From Eledone cirrhosa (taxonomy: Eukaryota), in the NCBI GenBank assembly GCA_964016885.1, contig OZ024761.1, forward strand, positions 18,724,001-18,788,000: DNA of 64,000 nt. Direction: 5' to 3'. Below, in pieces: positions 26,520 through 41,307 of this stretch. Position numbers and translations under genes: made by a program. The first letter of the stretch is position 1. Each line of letters begins with the position of its first letter. The notes under the pieces were generated by a model, which made no database searches, was not told the origin of the DNA, and saw only the letters and a list, made by a program, of their open reading frames with translations.

Positions 26520-27055
26520 TGTGGTGGTGTGGTGGTGTTGTGGTGTGATAGTGGTGATGGTGAGGTGGTAGTTGTGGTGGTGATGGTGGAGGTAGTGGTT
26601 GTGGTGATGATGTAATAGTGGTGGTGGTGGTAGTGGCAGTGGTGTGATGGTGATAGTGGTGTGGTAGTGGTGATAGTGGTGATGGTGTTGGTAGTGGTTG
26701 TGATAGGAGTGGTGGTGGTGTTGTTGTTGGTGTGATAGTGGTGATGGTTAGGTGGTAGTTGTGGTGGTGATGGTGGTAGTGGTGATGGTGTAGGTAGTGG
26801 TTGTGATAGGAGTGCTGGTGGTGGTGTTGGTGTGGTGTGGTGATGGTTAGGTGGTAGTTGTGGTGGTGATGGTGTAGGTAGTGGTTGTGATAGGAGTGGT
26901 GGTGTTGTTGTTGGTGTGGTGTGGTGATGATGTAATAGTGGTGGTGGTGGTGGTGGTAGTGGCAGTGGTGTGATGGTGATGTAATAGTGGTGGTGGTGGT
27001 AGTGGCAGTGGTGTGATGGTGATAGTGGTGTGGTAGTGGTGGTAGTGGTGATGAT
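26520..27055. repeat. (GGT)n-rich low-complexity tract (similar tract at 35455-35970)
   Basis: Direct inspection. Confidence 0.9.
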
Positions 27056-27140
27056 GTTAAACTGCCAAGAAATCCTGTCAGTAAGTCATGTCTGTTGGGT
27101 CACTATAATGATTGAATGTTGGATGAGTGAGTCATACAGT

Positions 27141-27630
27141 CCACTCATTCGACCTGCTAGAAATAGCAGCCAAATTCCCCTCATACCACCTCTGGCCACT
27201 CATTCGATCTGCTAGAAACAGTAGCTAGATCTCCCTCAAACCACCTCAGGCCGATCATTCGACCTGCTAGAAATAGCAGCCAAATTCCCCTCATACCACC
27301 TCTGGCCACTCATTCGACCTGCTAGAAACAGTAGCTAGATCTCCCTCAAACCACCTCAGGCCGATCACTCGACCTGCTAGAAATAGCAGCCAAATTCCCC
27401 TCATACCACCTCTGGCCACTCATTCGACCTGCTAGAAACAGTAGCTAGATCTCCCTCAAACCACCTCAGGCCGATCACTCGACCTGCTAGAAATAGTAGC
27501 CAAATTCCCCTCATACCACCTCTGGCCACTCATTCGATCTGCTAGAAACAGTAGCTAGATCTCCCTCAAACCACCTCAGGCCGATCACTCGACCTGCTAG
27601 AAATAGCAGCTAAATTCCCTCAAACCACCA
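27141..27630. repeat. 55-bp monomer / 110-bp dimer tandem repeat
   Basis: Alternating A/B monomers built on gacctgctagaaa(t/c)ag. Confidence 0.9.
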
Positions 27631-28124
27631 CTGACTAGTCGCTAGACCTGATATAAATAGCAGTCAAACCTCCCTCAAATGACCATAGAGTCCACAAGCA
27701 GCTGTTCCGTTTTGGAGCTGACCTGCTAGAAATAGCAGCAAAAATTTCCCTCAAACGATCACAGATCATAAGCAACTCTTCGAACGGGGGCACACGCACT
27801 GACCTGCTAGAAATAACAACCAAATCTCCCCCCAAATCATTACAGTCATAAGCAACTGTTCGGACTGAGGGATGGCCTGCTAGAAATAGCAGCCAAATAT
27901 CCCTCAAATCACCTTGCTTTCATTGTTTTTTGGGGTTTTTTTTTTCAAAGTTCCCATTGGATAATATAGTGCAGCGGATAGGTAGTGGTGGGAGTACACC
28001 ATACCTGAACAGGGTGGTCAAGTTTGGAAGGGATCCATGACTGACCAGGGGTTAAACAACAAACATTAATCCTGAATGTGTGTGCGTGTAAGAAAGAAGG
28101 AAAGAGTGAGTGAGAGAGCGAGCT

Positions 28125-28181
<57 letters not shown>

Positions 28182-28364
28182 TCAAAATGTTACGTAAGGC
28201 GAAACAATTCCAATAGTTGTTTTATGAAACACAATCTTAAAGAAAACGAAAAGTTATTCAAAATTATATATATATATATATATATATTTACCCACTCTAC
28301 TACCCTAAGTATTGAGTACTTTGGTGCGTTGTGGTCCATCTGGTTCCTTACCACATTTCCTACG

Positions 28365-28398
<34 letters not shown>

Positions 28399-28483
28399 AT
28401 AATATTAATAAATGGAAAGAATTTTGTTGAGTGCTTCTAAACTGTTATAAATTAACTTTGTTGAATAATCAACAAATTAAATA

Positions 28484-28536
<53 letters not shown>

Positions 28537-28650
28537 CTGTGTGTGTGTACGTGTGTCCCCGTAAGAGATTTAATGTAGAATATACTCAGTATATATAAGA
28601 TTTAATGTAGAAATCGTTTCTACAGGACTAGAACTGTTTTATTCGAAGGA

Positions 28651-28701
28651 ACAGGAAAGAGGGCTGATGATTTCCTTCGAATGAAACGGTTCTAGTCCTG
28701 T
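28651..28701 (+). ncRNA. Hammerhead-like motif with an insertion before the core (family also at ~7250, 43602, 47890, 51165)
   Basis: acag-[gaaagaggg]-CTGATGA-tttc(cttc)gaat-GAAA-c..g-TC-ctgt. Confidence 0.5.
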
Positions 28702-28724
28702 AGAAGCCATATCTGCATTAAATC

Positions 28725-28764
<40 letters not shown>

Positions 28765-28975
28765 ATAATAATAAATTTGAAGACTAAAACCCAAAGAGGG
28801 CTCGATAAGGATAAATATATATCAAATATATAAGAACCGTAGAGCAAATATTTATTAAAATAACAGATTAAAGTTTAAGCAAAGAATCGCTGCTTTCACC
28901 CTTAACGGGATTTCAGAAGATCCCGTTAAGGGTGAAAGCAGCGATTCTTTGCTTAAACTTTAATCTGTTATTTTA

Positions 28976-29018
<43 letters not shown>

Positions 29019-29567
29019 ACCTGATTAGTTCTTTTGTTGTTTTGGTATTGTATGGTTGGGTTTTGCCTACCGCAATTTTCAATTTGTCAAGCTATTTAAA
29101 CGTAATGTTATTACTCTAAGGACCTACCCTTATTGAGTGCTTTGCTATTCGTTCCTTATTGTAGGTCGACTTTGCTTAGCCACAGTCAAAGCTTCGATTT
29201 TACTAAGCTTCCACTTGTATATATATATATATATATAGCGAGTTCACAAGGTCAACTTTTGTGGTGACGCGTTTAAAACATACAGGTAAAACTCCCGAGT
29301 GACAGGTATGGGAGTGGGGACACACACACTGACTGGACATTAAACAACAAAAAAAAACAAAAAAAAAACGAATTAATCTCTACTAAAGTATTGAGTACTC
29401 ATTCTCGCTACCGTCAACATTTGACATGCATGAAGAAGAAATAAGCGGATGTAAAAGAGGAAAAAATATGGTATTTTATACTTTTCTTACTATATCAAGC
29501 GTAAAACTAATATATTTCTTCATTGCACCGTGTCGTTTGCTTTGTTATTTCTGTTTACTTTTTGCAT

Positions 29568-29629
<62 letters not shown>

Positions 29630-30004
29630 CCCCCACCCCCACCCTCACCCACTGAATTTATACAGACTTCAACAGCATTCTAATAAAAGTATGTATACAT
29701 TGTTTTGGAACACCCTGTACATATATATATATGTCGAAGCGGCTTGAGCTCTGCCGTCGGGGTCATACTTTTTCCTATTTCCCACTCTACTACCCTAAGT
29801 ATTAAGTACTCTGGTGCGTTATGGAACATCTGGTTCCTTACCACATTTCCTTTGTTATATATATATATATACACATACACACACATACATACAGATTTTA
29901 CTAGTAAGACCATTATTCAACAGAGTACTCGATATTTGTATTAGAAGGAGTCTGGAATTAGCTGTTGAAACGGCAAGAGCTCACCCGTTGGGCCCCAACT
30001 CTTC

Positions 30005-30046
<42 letters not shown>

Positions 30047-30588
30047 AATATACATTCACGCATGTGTGTGTGTGTGTCTGGTGCAAGAAATTATTTAATC
30101 ATTTCATTGTAAAGATAAAATAGAAGAAAAAAAATATTTGTCCTACCGTATATGAGGAGATAGCTGTCCCACCATATGTAGATATAATATAATAATATAT
30201 ATAGTGTATATATATATATATAGTGTATATATTATATATAGAGAGAGAGAGACAGATCAAGTGCTTGCTGGATTAAGAAAGAACAAGTTTGACACACATA
30301 CTGTACGCCACCACTACCACCACCTTAAGTGAGTGTCCCCACCACAAGATGTGGTTAAGTTAAGAAAAACGAATTGTGTGTACATACATCTCATACTTAT
30401 CTTGTGTTTTTTGCCCGTGTTGTCTCCGTGTAAATGCCGTGATAGTTGTACTAGTTTGCTGTGTTGTGTACGAAAAACGCATTCTAACTTAGCACTCCCC
30501 GCCCCCGCTCTCTTTCTTTCTCTCCCTCCCTTTTCTCTCTCTCCCTGCGTGTAGTAGGTATGTCTGTTTATGAATGCGTGTGTGTGTA

Positions 30589-30693
<105 letters not shown>

Positions 30694-30852
30694 CGCGTAT
30701 ACGCGCTTCCTTCTTAAATACACACACACATAGATATATGCACACACGTACATACTTCAATACAAGCACGTTTATATATACAGGGTGTCCCAAAAATGTT
30801 AACACATATTTATTAGAATGCTGTTGAAGTGTGTATACATTTTGGGTGACAC

Positions 30853-30891
<39 letters not shown>

Positions 30892-30959
30892 GTGGTTACA
30901 CAACAGTTAGTTCACCATACCGAGAACAATTGTTTCACCTTAGCGGATCCTCAGATTAC

Positions 30960-30995
30960 GAGCTGAGGATCCGCTAAGGTGAAACAATTGTTCTC
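30960..30995 (+). ncRNA. Minimal type I hammerhead ribozyme in a 30892-31025 palindrome
   Basis: gag-CTGAGGA-tcc(gctaa)ggt-GAAA-caattg-TT-ctc, with a palindromic stem III. Confidence 0.65.
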
Positions 30996-31194
30996 AGTAT
31001 GGTGAACTAACTGTTGTGTAACCACTTCTACCTAACTCGTCCCATGGACTGAGTGCTCTACCACTACGGATATTACCTTCCAGTGTTCTACCACTATATA
31101 TATATATATATTGCTCTACGGTTCTTATATATTTGATATATATTTTCCTTATCGAGCCCTCTTTGGATTTTAGTCTTCAATTTTATTATTATTG

Positions 31195-31228
<34 letters not shown>

Positions 31229-31613
31229 AAAATTGTTTCTACTTTTGGCACAAGACCAGCAATTATCCCAGTGCATTACTGGTACTTTATTTTATCGAAC
31301 ACGTAAGGATGAAAGGCAAAGTTAACCTCGGCGGGATTTGAACTGAGATTAAAGGGCCGTAACTCTATGCTGCAAAGCCGATACTGCCAATCCGATAATA
31401 ATAATAAATATAAAGACCAAAATCTGAAGAGGGATTATTTGCTTAAACTTAAATCTGTACTAATAATAAAATGGCGGGCTCTATACCTATACCCGCTATC
31501 CCTTTTATTTTTATTTTTACATTTTTTTCCATTTTCTATTTGATATTTTCTAACTTCCTTCCTTAACCTTCCCTTACTCCTCCTCGTAGTTTCTGTTCTC
31601 CCCTTATCTGAAC

Positions 31614-31649
31614 TTTCCCGATGAAGGACTTCTGTCCGAAACGTTGAAA
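31614..31649 (+). ncRNA. Degenerate minimal hammerhead (relatives at 48894-48927 and 43872-43905, minus strand)
   Basis: tttc-C(C)GATGA-a-ggac(ttct)gtcc-GAAA-cg-TT-gaaa; one core mismatch. Confidence 0.5.
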
Positions 31650-31733
31650 CCTCCTCCACTTCCACCAAGCGTGAACCTAATATAACTGTGTACAATTGTC
31701 TGCTGTGCTTTGTTCGTTCATTTTCAATTATAT

Positions 31734-34700
31734 CAGGGGTGTGCAACATATTCCATTGGCGGGCCTCTTTTGAACATTGGAACAACTATTAGGGCCATTA
31801 ATATTTATTAAGCACTATTCCATAGATTCACCACAACTTCTTTCTGTAACATGGAACTGGGAAATTATAACACACATAACCCTATCAGTGGAGCCCTTTA
31901 GTATAGGTCAACTGGGACACTATAACACACATAACCCTATCAGTGAAGCCCTTTAGTATAGGTCAACTGGGACACTATAACACACATAACCCTATCAGTG
32001 AAGCCCTTTAGTATAGGTCAACTGGGACACTATAACACAGATAACCCTATCAGTGAAGCCCTTTAGTATAGGTCAACTGGGACACTATAACACACATAAC
32101 CCTATCAGTGAAGCCCTTTAGTATAGGTCGACTGGGACACTATAACACACATAACCCTATCAGTGAAGCCCTTTAGTATAGGTCGACTGGGACACTATAA
32201 CACACATAACCCTATCAGTGAAGCCCTTTAGTATAGGTCAACTGGGACACTATAACACAGATAACCCTATCAGTGAAGCCCTTTAGTATAGGTCGACTGG
32301 GACACTATAACACACATAACCCTATCAGTGAAGCCCTTTACTATAGGTCGACTGGGACACTATAACACACATAACCCTATCAGTGAAGCCCTTTAGTATA
32401 GGTCGCTTGGGACACTATAACACACATAACCCTATCAGTGAAGCCCTTTAGTATAGGTCGACTGGGACACTATAACACACATAACCCTATCAGTGAAGCC
32501 CTTTAGTATAGGTCAACTGGGACACTATAACACACATAACCCTATCAGTGAAGCCCTTTAGTATAGGTCAACTGGGACACTATAACACACATAACCCTAT
32601 CAGTGAAGCCCTTTAGTATAGGTCGACTGGGACACTATAACACACATAACCCTATCAGTGAAGCCCTTTAGTATAGGTCGACTGGGACACTATAACACAC
32701 ATAACCCTATCAGTGAAGCCCTTTAGTATAGGTCAACTGGGACACTATAACACAGATAACCCTATCAGTGAAGCCCTTTAGTATAGGTCAACTGGGACAC
32801 TATAACACACATAACCCTATCAGTGAAGCCCTTTAGTATAGGTCGACTGGGACACTATAACACACATAACCCTATCAGTGAAGCCCTTTAGTATAGGTCG
32901 ACTGGGACACTATAACACACATAACCCTATCAGTGAAGCCCTTTAGTATAGGTCAACTGGGACACTATAACACAGATAACCCTATCAGTGAAGCCCTTTA
33001 GTATAGGTCAACTGGGACACTATAACACACATAACCCTATCAGTGAAGCCCTTTAGTATAGGTCGACTGGGACACTATAACACACAGAACCCTATCAGTG
33101 AAGCCCTTTAGTATAGGTCGACTGGGACACTATAACACACATAACCCTATCAGTGAAGCCCTTTAGTATAGGTCGACTGGGACACTATAACACACATAAC
33201 CCTATCAGTGAAGCCCTTTAGTATAGGTCAACTGGGACACTATAACACAGATAACCCTATCAGTGAAGCCCTTTAGTATAGGTCAACTGGGACACTATAA
33301 CACACATAACCCTATCAGTGAAGCCCTTTAGTATAGGTCGACTGGGACACTATAACACACAGAACCCTATCAGTGAAGCCCTTTAGTATAGGTCAACTGG
33401 GACACTATAACACACATAACCCTATCAGTGAAGCCCTTTAGTATAGATCGACTGGGACACTATAACACACATAACCCTATCAGTGAAGCCCTTTAGTATA
33501 GGTCAACTGGGACACTATAACACACATAACCCCATCAGTGAAGCCCTTTAGTGTAGGTCAACTGGGACACTATAACACACATAACCCTATCAGTGAAGCC
33601 CTTTAGTATAGGTCAACTGGGACACTATAACACACATAACCCTATCAGTGAAGCCCTTTAGTATAGGTCAACTGGGACACTATAACACACATAACCCTAT
33701 CAGTGAAGCCCTTTAGTATAGATCGACTGGGACACTATAACACACATAACCCTATCAGTGAAGCCCTTTAGTATAGGTCAACTGGGACACTATAACACAC
33801 ATAACCCCATCAGTGAAGCCCTTTAGTGTAGGTCAACTGGGACACTATAACACACATAACCCTATCAGTGAAGCCCTTTAGTATAGGTCAACTGGGACAC
33901 TATAACACACATAACCCTATCAGTGAAGCCCTTTAGTATAGGTCAACTGGGACACTATAACACACATAACCCTATCAGTGAAGCCCTTTAGTATAGGTCG
34001 ACTGGGACACTATAACACACATAACCCCATCAGTGAAGCCCTTTAGTGTAGGTCAACTGGGACACTATAACACACATAACCCTATCAGTGAAGCCCTTTA
34101 GTATAGGTCAACTGGGACACTATAACACACATAACCCTATCAGTGAAGCCCTTTAGTATAGGTCAACTGGGACACTATAACACACATAACCCTATCAGTG
34201 AAACCCTTTAGTATAGGTCGACTGGGACACTATAACACACATAACCCCATCAGTGAAGCCCTTTAGTGTAGGTCAACTGGGACACTATAACACATAACCC
34301 TATCAGTGAAGCCCTTTAGTATAGGTCAACTGGGACACTATAACACACGTAACCCTATCAGTGAAGCTCTTTAGTATAGGTCAACTGGGACACTATAACA
34401 CACATAACCCTATCAGTGAAGCTCTTTAGTATAGGTCGACTGGGACACTATAACACACGTAACCCTATCAGTGAAGCTCTTTAGTATAGGTCAACTGGGA
34501 CACTATAACACACATAACCCTATCAGTGAAGCCCTTTAGTATAGGTCAACTGGGACACTATAACACACGTAACCCTATCAGTGAAGCTCTTTAGTATAGG
34601 TCAACTGGGACACTATAACACACATAACCCTATCAGTGAAGCTCTTTAGTGTAGGTCAACTGGGACACTATAACACACGTAACCCTATCAGTGAAGCTCT

Positions 34701-35131
34701 TTAGTATAGGTCAACTGGGACACTATAACACACATAACCCTATCAGTGAAGCCCTTTAGTATAGGTCAACTGGGACACTATAACACACGTAACCCTATCA
34801 GTGAAGCTCTTTAGTATAGGTCAACTGGGACACTATAACACACATAACCCTATCAGTGAAGCTCTTTAGTGTAGGTCAACTGGGACACTATAACACACGT
34901 AACCCTATCAGTGAAGCTCTTTAGTATAGGTCAACTGGGACACTATAACACACATAACCCTATCAGTGAAGCCCTTTAGTGTAGGTCAAATAACAGAAAA
35001 TTGTAATACGGTTTCGAAAAATATTCTAAATAAGCCTACAAGGTAAAAATTAACAACGGTCATCGGGGACCACTCTGACTGGTCTGGCGGACAGGATTGT
35101 GGCCCGCGGGTCGTCTGTTGCACGCCCACTA
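31734..35131. mobile_element. hAT-type MITE inflated by an internal 50-bp minisatellite
   Basis: TIR caggggtgtgcaac / gttgcacgcccacta; TSD aattatat / aactatat; subterminal gcgggcc / ggcccgc motifs. Confidence 0.7.
31855..34989. repeat. 50-bp minisatellite, ~63 highly similar units
   Basis: Unit acacacataaccctatcagtgaagccctttagtataggtc(a/g)actgggacactata; nearly all variation is by substitution. Confidence 0.97.
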
Positions 35132-36709
35132 AACTATATATATGTGTGTGTACGTGTGTGTGTTTGTGTGTTTGATTGATCTCCGTGAAATCAATGGAAG
35201 TTTGATACAGGCCTACACTTACATAAAAAATAAAAAAATGAGTAAATTAATGAAAAAAAAGAAGAAAAGAAAGAAAGAAATTGTAGGCCTAGCCTAGAAG
35301 CTCAATATTTACCGTAGTTATTTTCTATATAGATAGTTATATAAGCGTTACATCGTGGTGTGTGTTAAAAGTCAGCAGTGTCGGGGTGGGGTAGGGGTGG
35401 GGTGAGAGCGGCAGTGTTGAGAAGATAAACAACAAAATATGTTACATGTACTTTGGTAATGATGGTGGTGTTGGTGTTGGTTGTGGTGGTGATGGTGGTG
35501 GTGGTGGTGGTGGTGATTGATGGTGTTGTTGGTGGGGCTAATTGTAGTGGTGATAGCTGTGGTGGTGGTGGTGGTGGTGGTGGTGATGGTTGTAGTTGTG
35601 TGGTGTGGTTGGTGGTAGTGCTGTTTGTGTGTGTTGGTGGTAGTGTTGGTGCTGGTGACGATGGCAGTGGTGGTGGTGGTGTTAGTGTGTGTTGGTGTTG
35701 GTGCTGGTGCTGGTGACGATGGCTGTGGTGGTGGTGGTGGTGTTAGTGTGTGTTGGTGATGGTGCTGGTGCTGGTGACGATGGCTGTGGTGGTGGTGGTG
35801 TTAGTGTGTGTTGGTGTTGATGATGGTGCTGGTGTTGGTGATGATGATGGTGGTGGTGGTGGTGGTGTTAGTGTGTGTTGGTGTTGGTGATGGTGCTGGT
35901 GTTGGTGCTGGTGATGATGGTGGTGGTGGTGGTGGTGGGGGCGATGGAGGTAATGGTGATTGGTGATGGTGTTGTTTTGTTTTCATCTCACCCTGTAACT
36001 AGAGATGGCACGCCGTTATATAAACGAAAATACCTCAAGTATGTGTGTACTCTCGAGTCCCAAATAATAGGGGGTGGATGGAATAAGCAGGGGGGATCAG
36101 CGGGGGTGGAGGATGAAAATCGGTAATTCTTCTAGGTTATCTCCCTTGATTAAAAAACAGAATTAATAGTTTAGTTTACATATTGAGACCCCAACCCATC
36201 CAATTTATTTTATAACGTATGGGATTTCTAGTTATGTAATTTTTTTTGTCATTTTGTCATCTATAATGTTTTTTTAATATATAAAGAAAATCAATTGTCG
36301 CAGGAATGCTACAACTTAAAATAAAAATTTCACCGAAGATAGGTGAGCAATAATCAATTTGAATTGAGAGAGCATAGTTCCGATAATATGGGAATGTGGT
36401 TAGAATGTCTCGGGAAAGAATCGTTTTTACGGGCGAAACCAACCAGCAGGAGACCCCGATCCCGATGGTTGGATAACATCCATGAGCTTGGCTGGTCGGT
36501 CATGCTTGGGGATCCAGCCGAATCAGTTAGAGACGGTTACTTCTGACAGGACCCGCCCGCTGGAAGGAGTGTCTGAGCACTCTGCCCTCCACACAACCCT
36601 CTCAGGAATAAGTGAACGAAAAGATAGATTAGTAATATTTAATAAACGACGTGGTGGGGGGGGGGGGCATAAGAGGGTGGGGAGGGGAGCGGCATTTGAA
36701 AAAATGAAT

Positions 36710-36965
36710 AAACGGTGTTGGGGGGAATAAGGGCGGGTGTGTGTGTGTGTGAAAAATGTATAAACGGGGTGGGGGGAATAAGGGCGGGTGTGTGTGTGTG
36801 TGTGAAAAATGTTTAAACGGGGTGGGGGGAATAAGGGCGGGTGTGTGTGTGTGTGAAAATGTATAAACGGGGTGGGGGGAATAAGGGCGGGTGTGTGTGA
36901 AAAATGTATAAACGGGGTGGGGGGAATAAGGGCGGGTGTGTGTGTGTGTGAAAAATGTATAAGCC
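36710..36965. repeat. ~45-55-bp G-rich tandem repeat containing variable (GT)n
   Basis: Unit aaaatgtataaacggggtggggggaataagggcgg(gt)n, about 5 copies. Confidence 0.85.
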
Positions 36966-37473
36966 GTGGGGAGGGATGATTATTCGAGACCCGAGACACA
37001 CATACACATATATAAACACACATATACACACACACATACACATATACACACATATACACACACATACACACATAAATATATAAAAATCCTTACGGTCTCT
37101 TTATTTTTCGGTTTCTTTTGTTCCGACTGGAAACAACCTAACCAATTAGACATGGTTAAGATACACTAGTAACCACACAAGTTAATAGGGGTTTTTCTTA
37201 AAGGGTTTTTAATGGGTTTCTTAAAGTCTGCTTTGTGACTATGACGAAAGATTTTATAGAAGTCAGCAAATTTTCTGTATACACATATATTTGTGGTGTT
37301 TCTCTTTATATATATTTATTTATATATATGGAACATATATTTATATATATAAATATAAATGTTTATATCTTTCTTTATAAAATATGTGTATGTTGGTATC
37401 TCTTTCTCTTTTTCTATCTCTCTCAGATGTGTTTCTCTCTCTTCCCCCTCTTTCTCTTCCTCTTCTCTTCACC

Positions 37474-37479
<6 letters not shown>

Positions 37480-37560
<81 letters not shown>

Positions 37561-37582
37561 CGTGCGTGTGTGTGTGTGTATG

Positions 37583-37613
<31 letters not shown>

Positions 37614-37705
37614 TTAGGTCAGTTCCTCAACACCCAACATGACATAAGATGACCAAACAACTTATATATGTGGTCATTGCTATGGCTGTATCGGTGATCA
37701 ACTTT

Positions 37706-37781
<76 letters not shown>

Positions 37782-38497
37782 TCACATACAAACTCAAACA
37801 TATACACTAAAACACAAACGCACAGACACAAGCAAACACACACAAACACACACAGACACACACACATACATACACAAACACACAGATACACACGCATACA
37901 TACACAAACACACACACAAAACACACGCACACAGACATGCATATACACACACAAAGACAAACATTCGCATACAAACTCACACACACATACACAAACATAC
38001 ACACACAAAAAAACACATACACACACACAGACATGCATATACACACAAAGACATATACAGACATTCACATAGAAACTCAAACAAACAAACAAACAAACAA
38101 ACAAACACACATAGACACAGACACACACACATGCATACACACACACAGACATATACAAACTCAAACGCAAACACATACAGAGGCAGAAACACACATACAC
38201 ACAGTTTCAATAAACTTCAGTTTATTTTAAACTTTCCAGAAAGAAATGAAATAAAATAAAAAATAAAACGGAAAACAACGGAAAAAAATATAAAAAGGAA
38301 ATAAATCAATTTTTAAATATTTTAAAAATTTCTTAGAAAAGAAAAACGGAATAAAATTTCCAAAAAGAAAAAATGGTTTTACAATAATTTCATTTCGTTT
38401 GTTTAAAAAAAAAAAAAACTTATTTACAGTAACGTTGCTATGTCAACCACTTTGCTGCGGAACCTTCAGTGTGTGTGTGTATGTGTGTGTGTGTGTA

Positions 38498-38566
<69 letters not shown>

Positions 38567-38754
38567 CTTTCAGTGTATATATGTGTGTGTGCGTGTGTTT
38601 CAGTGTGTGTGTGTGTGCATGTTTCATTGTGTATATGTGTGCGTGTTTCAGTGTGTGTATGTATGTGTGTTTATGTGTGAGCCAATGTGTTTCAGTGTGC
38701 ACATGTTTCAGTGTGTGCGTGTGCATGTGTGTTTCAGTGTGTATGTGTGTGCGT

Positions 38755-38786
<32 letters not shown>

Positions 38787-38790
38787 TAAG
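37480..38790. repeat. Compound (CT)n, (GA)n, (CA)n and (GT)n microsatellite field
   Basis: Direct inspection. Confidence 0.9.
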
Positions 38791-39008
38791 TTGGAGACGG
38801 TTACTTCTGACAGGACTCGCTGGAAGAAGAGTTTGAGGGAGGGCTCTTTCCCCCCAACCCTCTCAGGAATAAATTTGCTGACCTTTTGTCTAAATTAGAA
38901 ATCAATGGTGTTGTTTGTATTAGATCATATTTTAGTTTTTTCTATAAAAGAATCGCCCAGTAAGTGAGACAATTTGAAGATCTGCTGACCATGATGAAGA
39001 TAACTAGA

Positions 39009-39048
<40 letters not shown>

Positions 39049-39187
39049 CGGCCTTAGCAAAAATCGACTCAACAATTGATTTCCACGTGGGTCTGTCATT
39101 CATTGCCGCTGCCAAGTCCTGGATTTCAATACCAGAATCTCTGGAGATGACATCGGGATAGGAGAGCTTGCACCCCTTGTTATTAGT

Positions 39188-39288
<101 letters not shown>

Positions 39289-41307
39289 TGGATACTGAAA
39301 CATGTCAACATTTCTATAAATTTGAAGGCTCGGTGATGAGCTTGTCTAGGGCCCACATGTAGGAAAATCTTGTCCTGGACAGAGTTTGTGGTTGGTTGAC
39401 AACATAGCTGAGTGGACAGGGAACAATTCTGCCCAACCCAAACTTTCACCTCCTGACCGACAGAGATGGTGGCAGTCGATGCAGCATTCAGCACTGCAGT
39501 GTTCCGATGACCCTAAAAGTGGTTAGGGGACCATGATGATGAAGTTATATTTTAGCTGGTATCAAGTCATATTTTAGCCGGTACTAGCAGAATGACCCGG
39601 CGCTGCTCGGGATTTGCTCTGGGGTTCTTGTTATTAAGAGATATTTTAGCTGGTATCAAAACATATTTTAGCTGGTATCAAGACATATTTTAGTTGCTAT
39701 TGAGTCATATTTTAGCTGGGATCAAGTCATATTTTAACTGGTATCGAGTCATTATTTGAATTGGCAGTATCGGTAGAGGGTCGAACACCATGCTTTGACG
39801 CATAGAGTTACGGCCCTTGCCATTCTGAGTTCAAATCCCGCCGAGGTTAACTTTGCCTTTCATCCTTACGGGGTCGATAAAATAAAATACCAGTAATGTA
39901 CTGGGTAATTGCTGGCTTTGTGCCAATAGTAGAAACAATTATTTAGTTGGTATCAAGTCATATTTTAGAGTACTTTCTTTAAAGTGGAATTCCTGTGCCA
40001 CTGTGTGATATCTTAGACAAATGTCTTTTATCATAGCAAAGCCTTGAAAGTCCACAAAGCTTTGTGAGTTCACTCAAGCCTTGTGAATCCACACAAGCAC
40101 AGTGAGTCCACTCAAGCCTTGTGAGGACTCAAAAGGCTTGAGTGGACTCTTGAATGTCCACTCAAGCTGTGAGAGTTCACTCGAGCCATGAGATTCCACT
40201 CAAGCTGTGAGAGTCCACTCAGCCCTAATGAGTGAAAATGTGTGACCATCTGCAGGAGTGAGCCCCACATGTTGGAATTCCCTTAATGTTTCATTAGATT
40301 TTTTTCTTCTTTCTTTTACCTGAACGTCCCCCACTTCATCCCCCAAACTGCCTGACAGGTAAAAAAGACAAGCTAGGGTTTCACCAGCTACGAAATAATT
40401 TTTCAGAACATTAATGATAGCCTCACTGTTTACCTAGACCAGCCAGCAGCTACACATTTTCTCAAACTTACTAAAAATAGCCACATCTCTCTCAAATTAC
40501 TACCTACTGCCATAAAAAGAAGAAAAGAAAAGAAAAAGGAAAATAAAAGTGTAAGGAACACCACATTTTCCAATGTCTGGGTAAAGAGTGCAAATTAAAA
40601 AAATAATTACGCACACACACACACACATTCTTTAAAAAAAAACCAAACATATCCTTACCACCACCCCTTCGCTTCCCTGTAAAACAACCACCAAACTACA
40701 TTAATTATTGGTGAGGGGTGACATTGATAAAAAGCACCCAGTCCACACTTTCAAGTGGTCGTGTAGGTGTCACAACAAAAAGCACCTAGTCCACATTGTA
40801 ATGTGGTCGTGTAGGTGTCGCAGCAAAAAGCACCCAGTCCACACTGTAAAGTGGTCGTGTACGTGTCACAACAAAAAGCACCCAGTCCACATTGTAATGT
40901 GGTCGTGTAGGTGTCATGACAAAAAGCACCTCGTCCACATTGTAAATGTGATTGGTGTTAAGAGGAGCATCCAGCTGTAGCAACCAAACCAGAATCAGTT
41001 CTGTATGAGCAAGACAGTCATCTTATCTGATTTGTCTTGCAACAGGGTAACTTGTCAGGGTAACTCGTCTAACCAATGCTAGCAGGGAAAAATGCGTGTT
41101 AAACAATGATGATGATGAAACCAAAACCATTCAGCAGCATAGTAGTAAGAAACACTCAGGAGTTAAGGGCCAAAAAACTTGCATAAGATGAAACGGTGGG
41201 AGGGGGGTGGCTGGGTAGATTCTTCTCTGAAGACCTTCTGCTGTCCAATTTTCTCAGGAGTTTCTCATTTCTATATCTGTACAATGTGGGAGAATGTTGA
41301 TGCAGTA

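Noticed and set aside
31855-34989. CRISPR-like array; unit contains tetO-like ccctatcagtga and SP6-like gacactata
   Set aside because: No unique spacers and no cas genes. The vector-like words are short partial matches inside a naturally diverging array embedded in a MITE. No hammerhead core on either strand.
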